From: Candidatus Eremiobacteria bacterium | GTDB taxonomy: Bacteria > Vulcanimicrobiota > Vulcanimicrobiia > Vulcanimicrobiales > Vulcanimicrobiaceae | DNA length: 64,000 bases | NCBI GenBank assembly: GCA_963758295.1 | Contig: CAVWUU010000002.1 | Span: 160,001 to 224,000 of the forward strand | Reading direction: 5' to 3' | In this document: one piece after another, positions 39,700 to 49,571 of the stretch | How the letters are laid out: each line of letters starts with the position of its first letter | How positions within the stretch are numbered: position 1 is the stretch's first letter | Notes under the pieces: generated by a model | Database searches by the model: none | The model's input: only the letters and a program-made list of their open reading frames with translations | Told to the model about the DNA's origin: nothing | Position numbers and translations under genes: made by a program

Positions 39700-40865
39700 T
39701 AACCGACGGTTGCCGGAACGGCATCGGCGAATTCGCGACTTGCCGCCGCGACGCCGGCGCCGAACGGAATCGAAACGCCGGTATCTGCAAGCGCCAATTC
39801 GATTGCGCCGATCGCGCCGAGAATGTCGTGCTCATGAATGTCGCCCATCGTACCCATGCGGACGATCTTTCCGGTGAGTTCGCCTTGACCGCCCGAAAGC
39901 ACGACGCCGTACCGTTCGCGCAAGCGCTTTAAAAAAGCGCCTGCATCGACACCGGCAGGCGGTGTAGCGGCGACGACGGTTACCGAGTGCGCGTTACTGC
40001 GCGAGAAGATCTCGAAACCGAGAGCCTCGAACGCACCGCGAATTGCCCGCGCGTTACGCGCGTGGCGTTCCATTTGCGCATCCATCCCGATCTCGTGATA
40101 CTGCGCGAGCGCAACGTCGAGCGCAAAAAAAACCGAAATCGGCGGCGTCCATGCGGTTTGACCCTTCTTGGCAAACTCTCGAGCCTTCAGTAAATCAAAA
40201 TAGAAACGCGGAGATTTGCACGTTTCGACTGCTTTCCAAGCGCGATCGCTAAGCGAAACCATCGCGATACCCGGAGGCGCTGAAAGCGCTTTTTGCGAGG
40301 CCGTGACGACTACGTCGTAGCCCCAGTTGTCCATCTCGAAGGGCGCTGCGCCAAGACCGCTTACCGAATCGACGATCGTAAGAGCGCCGTGATCGTGCAC
40401 GATCGACGCAATCGCCGCCATATCGTTCTGCGAACCGGTCGAAGTTTCGTTATGGGTTAGCAAGACGCCGCGAATCGTACGGCCGGTATCGGCCTTGAGG
40501 CGTTCGGCCAGCGCGGCCGGGTCCAATGCGGCGCCGAGCGGCGTATCGAGCACTTCGACGCTGCAGCCGAAGGTGCGCGCGATTTCGCCCAAGCGCTTTC
40601 CGAAGACGCCGATCGGGCACGAGAGCACGACGTCACCCGGCGAAAAGACGTTTGCGACGGCCGCTTCCAGACCGCCGGTGCCCGAGGCCCCCAGGAACAG
40701 CACGCCTTGACGCGTGCCAAAAATGGGCTGCATGCCGCGCTCTAAACGCGCCAAAAGCTCGGCGAATTCGGGACCGCGGTGATTGATCATGGGTCTCGCC
40801 ATGGCTTCGAGGACCGGCTGGGATACGGGAACGGGACCCGGGAGCAACAGCAGCGTCTTCTTCAT
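39699..40865 (-). CDS. Class V PLP aminotransferase (alanine-glyoxylate/serine-pyruvate family)
   Basis: PGP, HR, SGTG, HNETSTG, DSVS, SQKAL..PPG; alternative start at 40886. Confidence 0.9.
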   Translation of the reverse strand: MKKTLLLLPGPVPVSQPVLEAMARPMINHRGPEFAELLARLERGMQPIFGTRQGVLFLGASGTGGLEAAVANVFSPGDVVLSCPIGVFGKRLGEIARTFGCSVEVLDTPLGAALDPAALAERLKADTGRTIRGVLLTHNETSTGSQNDMAAIASIVHDHGALTIVDSVSGLGAAPFEMDNWGYDVVVTASQKALSAPPGIAMVSLSDRAWKAVETCKSPRFYFDLLKAREFAKKGQTAWTPPISVFFALDVALAQYHEIGMDAQMERHARNARAIRGAFEALGFEIFSRSNAHSVTVVAATPPAGVDAGAFLKRLRERYGVVLSGGQGELTGKIVRMGTMGDIHEHDILGAIGAIELALADTGVSIPFGAGVAAASREFADAVPATVG

Positions 40866-40919
40866 GCGCGAGTGTTTCTGCGGCATGACCCGTGCGCCTC
40901 GTGTTGTATAGCGGAGAGG

Positions 40920-41957
40920 ATGGAATCAGAAACGCGCGTGCGCTTGACCGCACGTTCGTCGTGCGCCGGTTGAGCAAGTAAACTCGGCTCCGCCGAGCTG
41001 GCGCAGGTCTTGCGCCGCTTGCCCTCAACCGCGAACGACCGGGTCCTGGTCGGCTTCGATACGTCGGACGATGCCGGTGTGTTCATGCTGCGCGATGATT
41101 TGGCGCTGGTGCAAACCGTCGACTTCTTCACGCCGATTGTCGACGATCCGTTCGATTTTGGACGCATCGCCGCGGCAAACGCGCTCTCGGATGTTTATGC
41201 AATGGGCGGCACGCCTGCCTCGGCGCTCAACATCGTAGCATTTCCCGAAGATCTCGATCTTTCGATTCTCGAGCAAATTCTCGGCGGCGGCGCAACCATC
41301 GCACGTGAAGCGGGCGTTGCAATTATCGGCGGACACACGATCAAAGATCCGGAGCCCAAATACGGAATGGCGGTGACCGGAACGATCGATCCGCGCAACA
41401 TCATTACCAATGCCGGCGCGCAACCGGGCGACGTGCTCGTGCTTACGAAACCGCTTGGCACAGGTATCTTAGCTACTGCGCTCAAGCGCGATCGAATCGA
41501 TACGAACGATATGCAACACGCAATCAAGTGGATGACCACGCTGAACGATAAAGCGTCGCGGGCGATGCTCGCGGCCGGAGCACATGCCGCAACGGACATT
41601 ACCGGATTCGGATTGCTCGGACATGCAGGTGAAATCGCACGGGCTTCCGGCGTCCGCCTGCTCATCGATTCGGAAGCCGTTCCGGTAATGCCGTTGGTCG
41701 CTGACCTCATTCGCGAAGGAACGATTCCGGGCGGAACGCGCGACAACGAAGCACTTCACGCCGGGTTTACAACGTTCGATCGCTCCGTAAGCGCGCAGAC
41801 TCGGACGGTCCTTTCGGATGCGCAAACATCAGGCGGCTTGTTGATCGCCGTTCCGCGCGAAAATGCAGCGGCGTTGTTGCACACCCTGCGAGACGCGGGT
41901 GCGCTGGACGCCACGATAGGCGAAGTTCAGGAAGGCGCCGGCATTCTCGTCGCATGA
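40920..41957 (+). CDS. selD: Selenide, water dikinase (selenophosphate synthetase), selenoprotein with UGA at codon 18
   Basis: MESETRVRLTARSSCAG-U-ASKLG; in-frame TGA 40971-40973; DDAG, TVDFFTP, NALSD, TDITGFGL, DAQTSGGLL. Confidence 0.95.
40983..41016 (+). promoter_or_regulatory. Candidate bacterial SECIS element
   Basis: Hairpins CTCGGC/GCCGAG and GGCGCA-GGTCT-TGCGCC just 3' of the UGA. Confidence 0.6.
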
Positions 41958-42940
41958 AGAACGAATTCGAAGCGCGGCGGCGAGCGCACGATCCGCTGTC
42001 TGCGCTTCCGTTCGATTTAGGTTCACAACTTGCCGCGGCCCTTCGCGATGCGTGCTCGCTGGAAATCCCCGACATCTTCGTGGACTTGGCTGCATGGGCA
42101 CAAAATGTGTTGCTCTTCCGCGGCTTTCCAGCCGCCGCAACGGCTCAAGCAATCGATACGATTCGCACGAACCTTTCTGCGTACGTGCCGGCTGCCGATG
42201 CGCGAACGGCGGCCCGCATCTTGGAAAAAGCGCATCGCCGGCTCTCGACTGCGCATTGGCGCGACGATCCAGGGATCAATGCGGATTCTCCGCATGGCCA
42301 AAGCGCACGACGATTTTTGGAAGCCGCCTTGCACGGCGATGAGGCGCGCGCCATGAAAGAAGCGTTGCTGTGCGTCGCCGCCGGAGCGCGGATCATCGAC
42401 ATCTACGAAACTCTTCTTACTCCCGCTTTGCGTGAAGCGGGACGCTTGTGGGAACGCGGCACGATCACGATTGCCCAAGAGCACATGGTCACGGCTTCAA
42501 CGGAACGCGTGATGGCGCAGCTGCTCGACCTGGAAGCACCTCACCCGCATAACGAGCTTTCGGTGGCGGTGCTTGCTCCCGGAAGCGCTCAACATCACGT
42601 GGGCGCGCGCATGGTGGCCGATGCTTTTGCGCTCTCCGGCTGGCACTCGTCCTTTCTGGGCGGCAACTTGCCGATTGAAGCGATTCTCGAATACGTCGAC
42701 AATGCGTCCGTAGACGTTCTCGCGCTTTCCGGAACGGTTGCCGCAGATGTCGCACCGATTCGTACGTTGATCGCGCAGTTGGACACGCGTCCCCTTTCGC
42801 CGGTGGTCATCGTTGGCGGCCGCGCGTTTTCTCTTCACCCGTCGCTGTGGCGGCAAGTCGGCGCCGACGGATACGCCGCAACCCCGTTGATGGCGGTCGC
42901 GCTAGCGAGCGAATTGGTTTGTCACTGCGAGCCGAAGTAA
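41954..42940 (+). CDS. Cobalamin-binding domain protein (CarH-like cap plus Rossmann domain; no MerR HTH)
   Basis: W-x9-EH (WERGTITIAQEH), QHHVG, LG.NLP, ALS, VGG.A. Confidence 0.8.
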   Translation: MKNEFEARRRAHDPLSALPFDLGSQLAAALRDACSLEIPDIFVDLAAWAQNVLLFRGFPAAATAQAIDTIRTNLSAYVPAADARTAARILEKAHRRLSTAHWRDDPGINADSPHGQSARRFLEAALHGDEARAMKEALLCVAAGARIIDIYETLLTPALREAGRLWERGTITIAQEHMVTASTERVMAQLLDLEAPHPHNELSVAVLAPGSAQHHVGARMVADAFALSGWHSSFLGGNLPIEAILEYVDNASVDVLALSGTVAADVAPIRTLIAQLDTRPLSPVVIVGGRAFSLHPSLWRQVGADGYAATPLMAVALASELVCHCEPK

Positions 42941-44307
42941 AAGCCCGAGTTCGCGGCGGCGAGCGGTATCAGTGGTACGCAATCGCCGTCATCATGCTGG
43001 GAAGCATGATGGGAACGCTCGACGCCTCCATCGCCAACGTTGCGATGCCCACAATTGCTCACGCCTACCGGCATTCGGTGGACGACGCAGAGTGGGTGTT
43101 GCTTTCATTCATGCTCGTTACGGCGTCGACGCTCGTGTTCTTCGGACGGCTCGGCGATATGTTTGGCCAGAAGCGCGTTTACCTTACCGGGTTCGCAGTG
43201 TTCGGCATCGGCTCGCTCGCATGTTCGTTCAGTCCGTCGCTCGGGTTTTTGATCGCCGCGCGTGTCTTACAGGCCTTCGGCGCATCGATGCTCGTTTCGT
43301 CGAATCAAGCGCTGATCGTCGACACGTTTCCGGCGAAGATGCGCGGACGCGCAATTGGTCTCAACGGCGCAGCGGTGGCACTGGGGCTTTCAGCGGGGCC
43401 CATCGTCGGAGGTGCAATCGTCACGTTCGCGCATTGGCAGTGGATCTTCTTGATCAACGTCCCGATCTCGATCGTGGCAATGATCGCGGCAGCGCTCGTT
43501 CTCAAACCAACGGCTCCACGCGGCAAAGGCTTCGACCCGCTCGGCGCGCTTCTGTCCATCGGCGGCCTCTTCTCGCTTTCGTTAACGCTGTCTCGCGCGC
43601 ATGTTTGGGGTTGGAGCTCGCCGTACACGATCGTCCTGTTCGTCGTCGCGGCGATTCTGATCGCGCTGTTCCTGCACGTGGAACGGCGCGTGCCGTATCC
43701 GACGCTCGATTTGCAGCTCTTTCAGAACCGGCTGTTCCGCTTCTCGGTTCTTGCGGCGTTCGTGTTTTTCGTCGCATTCTCCGGAATCGTCTTCATCGTT
43801 CCGCTCTCCGCGCAAACGGCGCTCGGCGCCACCGCGTTTCAAGCAGGCTTCTTGCTATTGCCAATTACGGTGATGAACATCGTCCTCGCACCACTAGCGG
43901 GAGCAATCTCCGATCGGGTGCCGGTTCGCTACATCTCGACGTTCGGCGCATGCGTCGTAGCAATCGGCGCGTTTATCTTGTCACGTTTACCACCGCACCC
44001 GCAAACGTGGCAAATCGTCGCTTCGTTGATGGTCGCCGGCTTCGGCACGGCGGTGTTCAGCCAGCCCAACAATAGCGCCATCATGGGATCGGCGCCCGAG
44101 AACCGGCGCGGCATCGCGGCGGGAACGCTCGCGACTGCGCGCACGACCGGGCAGCTGTTGGGCGTCGCCGCCGGCGGCGCCGTGTATTTCGCTCGCGCCC
44201 TGCAACTGGGCCCGCTTGGCCGCACCTTTATTCCGGCCACCACCTACTTTGCCGTTGTCGGAGCAATTATGGTGGTAGTAGCCGGCATTTCATGGATTCG
44301 GGAATAG
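42919..44307 (+). CDS. MFS transporter, DHA2 (14-TM) family; start approximate
   Basis: LDASIANVAMP, GRLGDMFG.KR, WQWIFLINVP. Confidence 0.9.
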   Translation: MSLRAEVKARVRGGERYQWYAIAVIMLGSMMGTLDASIANVAMPTIAHAYRHSVDDAEWVLLSFMLVTASTLVFFGRLGDMFGQKRVYLTGFAVFGIGSLACSFSPSLGFLIAARVLQAFGASMLVSSNQALIVDTFPAKMRGRAIGLNGAAVALGLSAGPIVGGAIVTFAHWQWIFLINVPISIVAMIAAALVLKPTAPRGKGFDPLGALLSIGGLFSLSLTLSRAHVWGWSSPYTIVLFVVAAILIALFLHVERRVPYPTLDLQLFQNRLFRFSVLAAFVFFVAFSGIVFIVPLSAQTALGATAFQAGFLLLPITVMNIVLAPLAGAISDRVPVRYISTFGACVVAIGAFILSRLPPHPQTWQIVASLMVAGFGTAVFSQPNNSAIMGSAPENRRGIAAGTLATARTTGQLLGVAAGGAVYFARALQLGPLGRTFIPATTYFAVVGAIMVVVAGISWIRE

Positions 44308-45092
44308 GGTCATCACCACGGCGGTTTGATTTTACGGCCGCCTTCGCCATCGTCATGGTTACGTTCATTGCAATTGCGATGAGCCAGTTTTCTCGTGGCT
44401 GGAGCGATGCCGCACATGGGCTGATCATTTTCGAACGCGCGCAAAAAGATCTCTACGTCGATGCAGATCTCGTCTTGAAAGCCAACGGCGTTCGCGTCAG
44501 CGAGCCGCTGGCGCAACGCTTACGTGAACAAACCGTGCTCGTGGTTACGCGTACCGGCGGGCGGCACGAGATTGAAGGAACGGGGGTCATCGTCGGAGCG
44601 CGGCGGAACGAGCTGGCGATTCTCACGGCGCGTCACGTCGTGGAACATCCCGGTGCGCATTCGGTTTTCTTTGCGTCGCACTACGCAAGTGTCGTTCACC
44701 GCATCGTGCTTGACCGGCGCGACGATCTGGCGCTCTTATGGGTGCCTGCACTTCCCGGGAGTTATACGCGCACGACGATCGCATCGTCGGACTTCTCCAC
44801 CGGCGATCGTTTTGTCGTGATGGGACATCCCGGTAATCTCCAGTGGGCGGCGACGCCCGGCATCGCGGAACATCACTCGCATCTTACGCTGCTCTACTGT
44901 CCCGCATGCGATCGCGGCGACTCCGGCGCCGGCGCCTATGATATGCAGGGCCGGCTGCACGGAATCATAACGCGTAAGTTGATTATTACGGCGCTCTCGG
45001 CGCACGGCGACCGATACGTCTCGGTCACCGCGTTCTCGACGATACGTACCGATCGCATTCGCGCGTTTCTTACGCGCGCCGAAGTTTCTTAG
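44292..45092 (+). CDS. Membrane-anchored trypsin-like serine protease
   Basis: TARH, DLA, GDSGAG triad motifs; N-terminal TM. Confidence 0.8.
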   Translation: MDSGIGSSPRRFDFTAAFAIVMVTFIAIAMSQFSRGWSDAAHGLIIFERAQKDLYVDADLVLKANGVRVSEPLAQRLREQTVLVVTRTGGRHEIEGTGVIVGARRNELAILTARHVVEHPGAHSVFFASHYASVVHRIVLDRRDDLALLWVPALPGSYTRTTIASSDFSTGDRFVVMGHPGNLQWAATPGIAEHHSHLTLLYCPACDRGDSGAGAYDMQGRLHGIITRKLIITALSAHGDRYVSVTAFSTIRTDRIRAFLTRAEVS

Positions 45093-45727
45093 AGGAGGCC
45101 GAGTTTGATCGCGTGCACGGCAGCTTGGCTGCGTGCGTAGATGTTCAGCTTCGAGAAAATCCGGCTGATGTGATTCTTAATCGTCTTTTCCGAGAGATTA
45201 AGCCGGGCACTGATCATTTTGTTAGAAAGGCCTTCGGCGATGAGACGAATCACTTCGGCCTCGCGCGTCGAGAGCTCGTTGAGATCCCGGCGATTTCCGT
45301 TGGCGCGGCGGCGCATCAGGCCACCGGCAACGCGCGGGTCGACGTAATTCTCACCGGCAGCGATCAATCGGATCGCGCGGATAAGCTCGGCCGGCGTGAT
45401 GTCCTTGACGATGTAACCCTCAGCACCCGCCGTAAGCGAGCGCTGCAGCAATTCCGGGCCGGGACGCATGGTCAACGCGCAGATGCGGGCATTTGGAGCG
45501 GCAACGCGGCATGCTTCGAGCGCATCGCTGATCGCGCCGTTGATCGAATCGAGATCGAGAATGATCACGTTCGGGCGTGCGCGGCCGATGGCCGCGGCGT
45601 CGATGCCCTGGCCGTCGCCGGCGATTTGAATGTCGCGTTCCTGCGCGAACAATTCCGCCAGGGCCTTGGCAAAGAGCACTTGCCCTTCGATGATGTAGAG
45701 GCGAATCGTATCAAGACTGGTTAGCAC
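45089..45727 (-). CDS. NarL/LuxR family response regulator (orphan)
   Basis: Receiver with LDL/T/K; LSTRE.EV...GLSNK.I...SEKTIKNH; GTG start after AAGGA. Confidence 0.9.
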   Translation of the reverse strand: MLTSLDTIRLYIIEGQVLFAKALAELFAQERDIQIAGDGQGIDAAAIGRARPNVIILDLDSINGAISDALEACRVAAPNARICALTMRPGPELLQRSLTAGAEGYIVKDITPAELIRAIRLIAAGENYVDPRVAGGLMRRRANGNRRDLNELSTREAEVIRLIAEGLSNKMISARLNLSEKTIKNHISRIFSKLNIYARSQAAVHAIKLGLL

Positions 45728-45870
45728 AGGCGAGTCCTTTGAACAGCGGCATTGGTGACGACAAGATACCCCCACTTAGGCCGCTTGAACCTGTATTTTG
45801 CAAAAACCGTTCTTGTGTCCCATGTTTTGGCGCGCAAAGCACCCCAGAGGACCCAATGCGATGAAGTTCG

Positions 45871-46557
45871 TTAGGACCAGTGGACGCGTTTACGGGAGGA
45901 TATCGTTGCGACCGCGCCTTTGCGGACCTGAACGTAGAGTTTTTGTTTGGCGTTCAGTTGGACGAGCGCGGCGCCGATTGCGAACGAAAAGCATGCGAGC
46001 GGACCGAACGGCCGGACATGGGAGATCGTCAAGGAGACTGCGGAGAGAGCGATGAGGGCGACCGCGATCCAATGGGCACCTTGTCTTTGTACCGCAAATG
46101 CTGTCGCTCCAACGCCTACTAGCCAAGCTAGCGCACCGACCAAATAAACGATTCCGGTGATCGGTCCCCAGAATAACGCCTGAAGGCCCGATTCCATTGC
46201 AACTTGCGCTTCGGCGGTCAAAGAACCCGAATTCGACACCATAATGCCGCTTGCGACTCCCACTATCGCGTCGTACGCCGAATACGCGATTGCGAAGACC
46301 AACATCGCCCACCGCGCCGTCATCACCGTGCGCCCGCGCAGGTTCAAGGTGAGCAATACGACGCAGCCCGCCATCAACGCAAGCAGCGGCAACTGGACGA
46401 GATGCAACGCGGTCCACCACCGCACGACCGGAGCGATCGTTTCGTAGATTTCGGCGCCCGGCAGAAGCGGGGGGTGTCCAAGCTCTAGGATGCCGAGCAG
46501 CATCGGAATCGACACGATCAGCGTCGTGCTCACCCGCGACGAGCGAAAGACTCTCAT
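45871..46557 (-). CDS. Multi-pass membrane hypothetical protein
   Basis: About 6 hydrophobic helices with several His. Confidence 0.65.
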   Translation of the reverse strand: MRVFRSSRVSTTLIVSIPMLLGILELGHPPLLPGAEIYETIAPVVRWWTALHLVQLPLLALMAGCVVLLTLNLRGRTVMTARWAMLVFAIAYSAYDAIVGVASGIMVSNSGSLTAEAQVAMESGLQALFWGPITGIVYLVGALAWLVGVGATAFAVQRQGAHWIAVALIALSAVSLTISHVRPFGPLACFSFAIGAALVQLNAKQKLYVQVRKGAVATISSRKRVHWS

Positions 46558-46571
46558 AGCGCTCCCACATG

Positions 46572-46609
46572 AAAAAGAGGGCACCGCGGTATTTCGCGGT
46601 GCCCTCTTT
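46572..46609 (-). terminator. Rho-independent terminator after lon
   Basis: AAAGAGGGCACCGCG/CGCGGTGCCCTCTTT. Confidence 0.82.
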
Positions 46610-46623
46610 GCTTTGCTGCGAGG

Positions 46624-49098
46624 CTAGCGCTTGCGCGTGCCCGACGTTCTCCGCCGGCGTTCCGGCGCGGGACGAGGCCGCTTCGCGACGCCGTTCCGGC
46701 GCATTGGCACGACGTTGTTCGCGCGCCCACTTTCCGAACCGAGCGGGACCGGCGCAATCACGCGTTTTCCGAGCGCGTGGTAGAGGACTTCGGAAATCTC
46801 TTCGACCGGCACGAATTCCATCGTGTCTCGCACTTCCTTCGGAATGTCGTCGAGATCCATCTCGTTGCGCTTCGGAAAGATAATCTTTGAAATACCGGCG
46901 CGTTTCGCCCCAAGCACTTTCTCTTTCAAACCACCGATCGGCAACACCTGACCGGTGAGCGTGATCTCGCCCGTCATCGCAAGATTCGGATCGACCTTCA
47001 GCCCCGTAAGCATCGATGCGATCGACGTCGCCATCGTGATCCCGGCCGACGGGCCGTCCTTGGGCGTTGCGCCGGCCGGCACGTGAATGTGCAGGTCGTG
47101 CTTCGCAAAGTAGTCGTCCGGAATTCCGAGTTCGCTGGTACGCGAGCGTAAGAACGATACCGCGGCCTGCGCGCTTTCTTTCATGACGTCGCCAAGCTGG
47201 CCCGTAAGGACAAGCTTCCCGGTACCGGGCATCGACTGCGTTTCGATGAAGACGATGTCGCCGCCCACCGAAGTCCACACCATTCCCGTTGCGACGCCGA
47301 TCGAAGCCACGCGTTTCTTCGCTTCGTTAAAGAACCGCGGCTTGCTCAGGTACTCAGAAACGCTTTCCGGCTTCACGCGAGCTTTGAAGCGCGCGTTCTC
47401 CGCGATCTTGCGCGCGACTTTGCGGAAGATCGTTCCGATCTCGCGTTCCAAATTTCTAACGCCCGCTTCGCGCGTGTAATCCGTGATCACCGAGCGAATC
47501 GCTTGATCGGAAATCTGCGCCTGCGTTTCCTTCAAGCCGTTGGCAAGGCGCTGCTTCTTCACAAGATACCGTTTGGCGATCTGCAGCTTCTCGAGTTCGG
47601 TGTAACCAGAGAGTTGAATGATCTCCATGCGGTCACGCAGCGGCGGCGAAATCGTATCGAGTGAGTTTGCCGTGCAGATGAATAGCACTTGGCTCAAATC
47701 GAACGGCAGGTCGAGGTAATGATCGCGGAACGACGAGTTTTGTTCGGGGTCGAGGACTTCGAGCAGCGCAGATTGCGGGTCGCCGCGGAAGTCCGCGCCA
47801 ACTTTGTCTATTTCGTCGATCATCATCACGGGATTCTTCGTGGCGGCATCGCGCATAGCGCGCACGATCGTCCCGGGCATTGCGCCGATGTACGTACGGC
47901 GATGTCCGCGAATTTCGGCTTCGTCTCGAACGCCGCCGACCGAAAGACGCACGAACTTGCGTCCCATCGCGCGGGCGATAGAGTGTCCGAGCGACGTTTT
48001 ACCCACGCCGGGCGGTCCAACGAAGCACAGAATCGGACCGGTCAGCTTCTTCTTTAATTTCCCGACGGCCAAGTACTCGATGATGCGATCTTTGATCTTC
48101 TCGAGATCGTAGTGATCCTCGTCGAGAATCTCGCGGGCTTTCTTGATGTCGATGTGATCGGCGGTCTCTTTATCCCACGGCAGCTGCACGAGCCAGTCCA
48201 GGTACGTGCGGATGACGCTGTACTCAGGGCTCGCCTGCGGCACCTTGGAAAGGCGATCCAGCTCGCGTTCCGCGGCTTTACGCACTTCTTCGGGCATCTG
48301 CGCTTCGTCGATCTTCGTACGCAGCTCGTTCGTTTCGGCTTGCTGCGGATCGACTTCGCCCAGTTCTTCCTGAATGGCGCGCAATTGCTGGCGCAGGTAA
48401 AACTCGCGCTGATTCTTTTCCATCTCGCGCTGGATGTCGCTCTGGATCTTGTGGCCCAGTTCGACCACTTCCAGTTCCTTTGTAAGCAGCATCGTGAGCT
48501 TGCGCATACGCTTGGCCGTGTTGCGTTCTTCCAAGAGCGCCTGGCGATCCGCCGGTTCCAAACGCATGGTCGACGCGACGAAATACGTCAGCACGTTCGG
48601 ATCGGTGATGTTCTGAACTTCCATTTCCATCTCGCGCGGAGCTTGCGGAAGGTAGGAAAGCAGTTTTTGAAAGAGGCTGCCGAGATTGCGCTGCATCGCA
48701 AGCAGTTCTTCATTTTCCACCGTTAGGTCGGGCAGTTCGGTGTACGACGCGACCATATATGGATCGGTTTGCGTAAACCGGTCGATTTTAAAGACTTGCT
48801 GTCCCGCGACGATACAGCGGATCGTGCCGTCGGGTACCTTCAGCATCTTCTGAATAACGCCGATCGTTCCGACGCGATGCACGTCTTCGGGACCGGGATT
48901 CTCGGTGTCCCGATCTTTGAGCACGGTCAAGCCGATCGGTTTTCCTTCGCGCAACGCCTCTTCGACGAGCTGGATGCCGGGTTTCTTCACCACCGCAAGC
49001 GGGATGACCGTATTCGGAAACAAGACCGCTTCTTGAAGCGGCAGCACTCCGATCGTACTGGCCGGCGTTACCGGCGTATCTTTTTTAGCAGCGGGCAT
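46624..49098 (-). CDS. lon: ATP-dependent protease La
   Basis: LON N-domain, GPPGVGKT, IRGHRRTYIGA, PKDGPSAG, GGLKEK. Confidence 0.97.
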   Translation of the reverse strand: MPAAKKDTPVTPASTIGVLPLQEAVLFPNTVIPLAVVKKPGIQLVEEALREGKPIGLTVLKDRDTENPGPEDVHRVGTIGVIQKMLKVPDGTIRCIVAGQQVFKIDRFTQTDPYMVASYTELPDLTVENEELLAMQRNLGSLFQKLLSYLPQAPREMEMEVQNITDPNVLTYFVASTMRLEPADRQALLEERNTAKRMRKLTMLLTKELEVVELGHKIQSDIQREMEKNQREFYLRQQLRAIQEELGEVDPQQAETNELRTKIDEAQMPEEVRKAAERELDRLSKVPQASPEYSVIRTYLDWLVQLPWDKETADHIDIKKAREILDEDHYDLEKIKDRIIEYLAVGKLKKKLTGPILCFVGPPGVGKTSLGHSIARAMGRKFVRLSVGGVRDEAEIRGHRRTYIGAMPGTIVRAMRDAATKNPVMMIDEIDKVGADFRGDPQSALLEVLDPEQNSSFRDHYLDLPFDLSQVLFICTANSLDTISPPLRDRMEIIQLSGYTELEKLQIAKRYLVKKQRLANGLKETQAQISDQAIRSVITDYTREAGVRNLEREIGTIFRKVARKIAENARFKARVKPESVSEYLSKPRFFNEAKKRVASIGVATGMVWTSVGGDIVFIETQSMPGTGKLVLTGQLGDVMKESAQAAVSFLRSRTSELGIPDDYFAKHDLHIHVPAGATPKDGPSAGITMATSIASMLTGLKVDPNLAMTGEITLTGQVLPIGGLKEKVLGAKRAGISKIIFPKRNEMDLDDIPKEVRDTMEFVPVEEISEVLYHALGKRVIAPVPLGSESGRANNVVPMRRNGVAKRPRPAPERRRRTSGTRKR

Positions 49099-49485
49099 CT
49101 AAGATAAGGTCCTTTTCACGATCATACGAATCTCGGTGCGCGCAGTTGGAAGATACGCGGTTGGCGAGACGGGAAGCGCGATTACGAGCACGCCGTCGGC
49201 GTACTGTGCAACGATGTCGCCGAAATCGACAGCGACGGGTAAGGCAATGCGTTTGGCAAACGCGCCGTAAGCAATTTCTTTTTGAATGAACGAGCCGCGG
49301 CGGAAGTTCACGACTTCTGCCCGCCGTCCGGCAATAGTCAGATACCGGTCATCGATGCTGACGCGCAAGCTTTCGGGATCGGCGCCGGCCACCTCGACCG
49401 CTACGACGACCTGACCTCGCTCTTCATCCACGAAAACGTCGGCGTTTGGCTCGAACCCCAGCCGGGGCCGTAACACAAAATCCAT
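49099..49485 (-). CDS. Hsp20/alpha-crystallin family protein
   Basis: P.ADV, EIAYG.F.KRI.LP, A.Y.DGVL.I.LP. Confidence 0.88.
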   Translation of the reverse strand: MDFVLRPRLGFEPNADVFVDEERGQVVVAVEVAGADPESLRVSIDDRYLTIAGRRAEVVNFRRGSFIQKEIAYGAFAKRIALPVAVDFGDIVAQYADGVLVIALPVSPTAYLPTARTEIRMIVKRTLS

Positions 49486-49506
49486 CTTACGCTCTAACCC
49501 GCAGTC

Positions 49507-49533
49507 TTAGCACTCGGATGCGCCGTCTGCTAA
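49507..49533. promoter_or_regulatory. CIRCE element (HrcA operator)
   Basis: TTAGCACTC-N9-GTCTGCTAA versus consensus TTAGCACTC-N9-GAGTGCTAA. Confidence 0.85.
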
Positions 49534-49571
49534 TTTGGCGGTCGACGGCGCGCTCCTGGTAGACTCGTACC

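Noticed and set aside
39699..40886. Class V PLP enzyme as a selenocysteine lyase or cysteine desulfurase feeding SelD
   Set aside because: Motifs are AGAT/SPT-type (SQK, HNETSTG); no NifS/SufS catalytic Cys loop
45890..47278. 462-aa alternative-frame ORF, and similar long overlapping ORFs such as 2371-3354, 8162-9040, 12106-13134 and 42972-44075
   Set aside because: Shadow ORFs of real genes in high-GC DNA; no recognisable motifs
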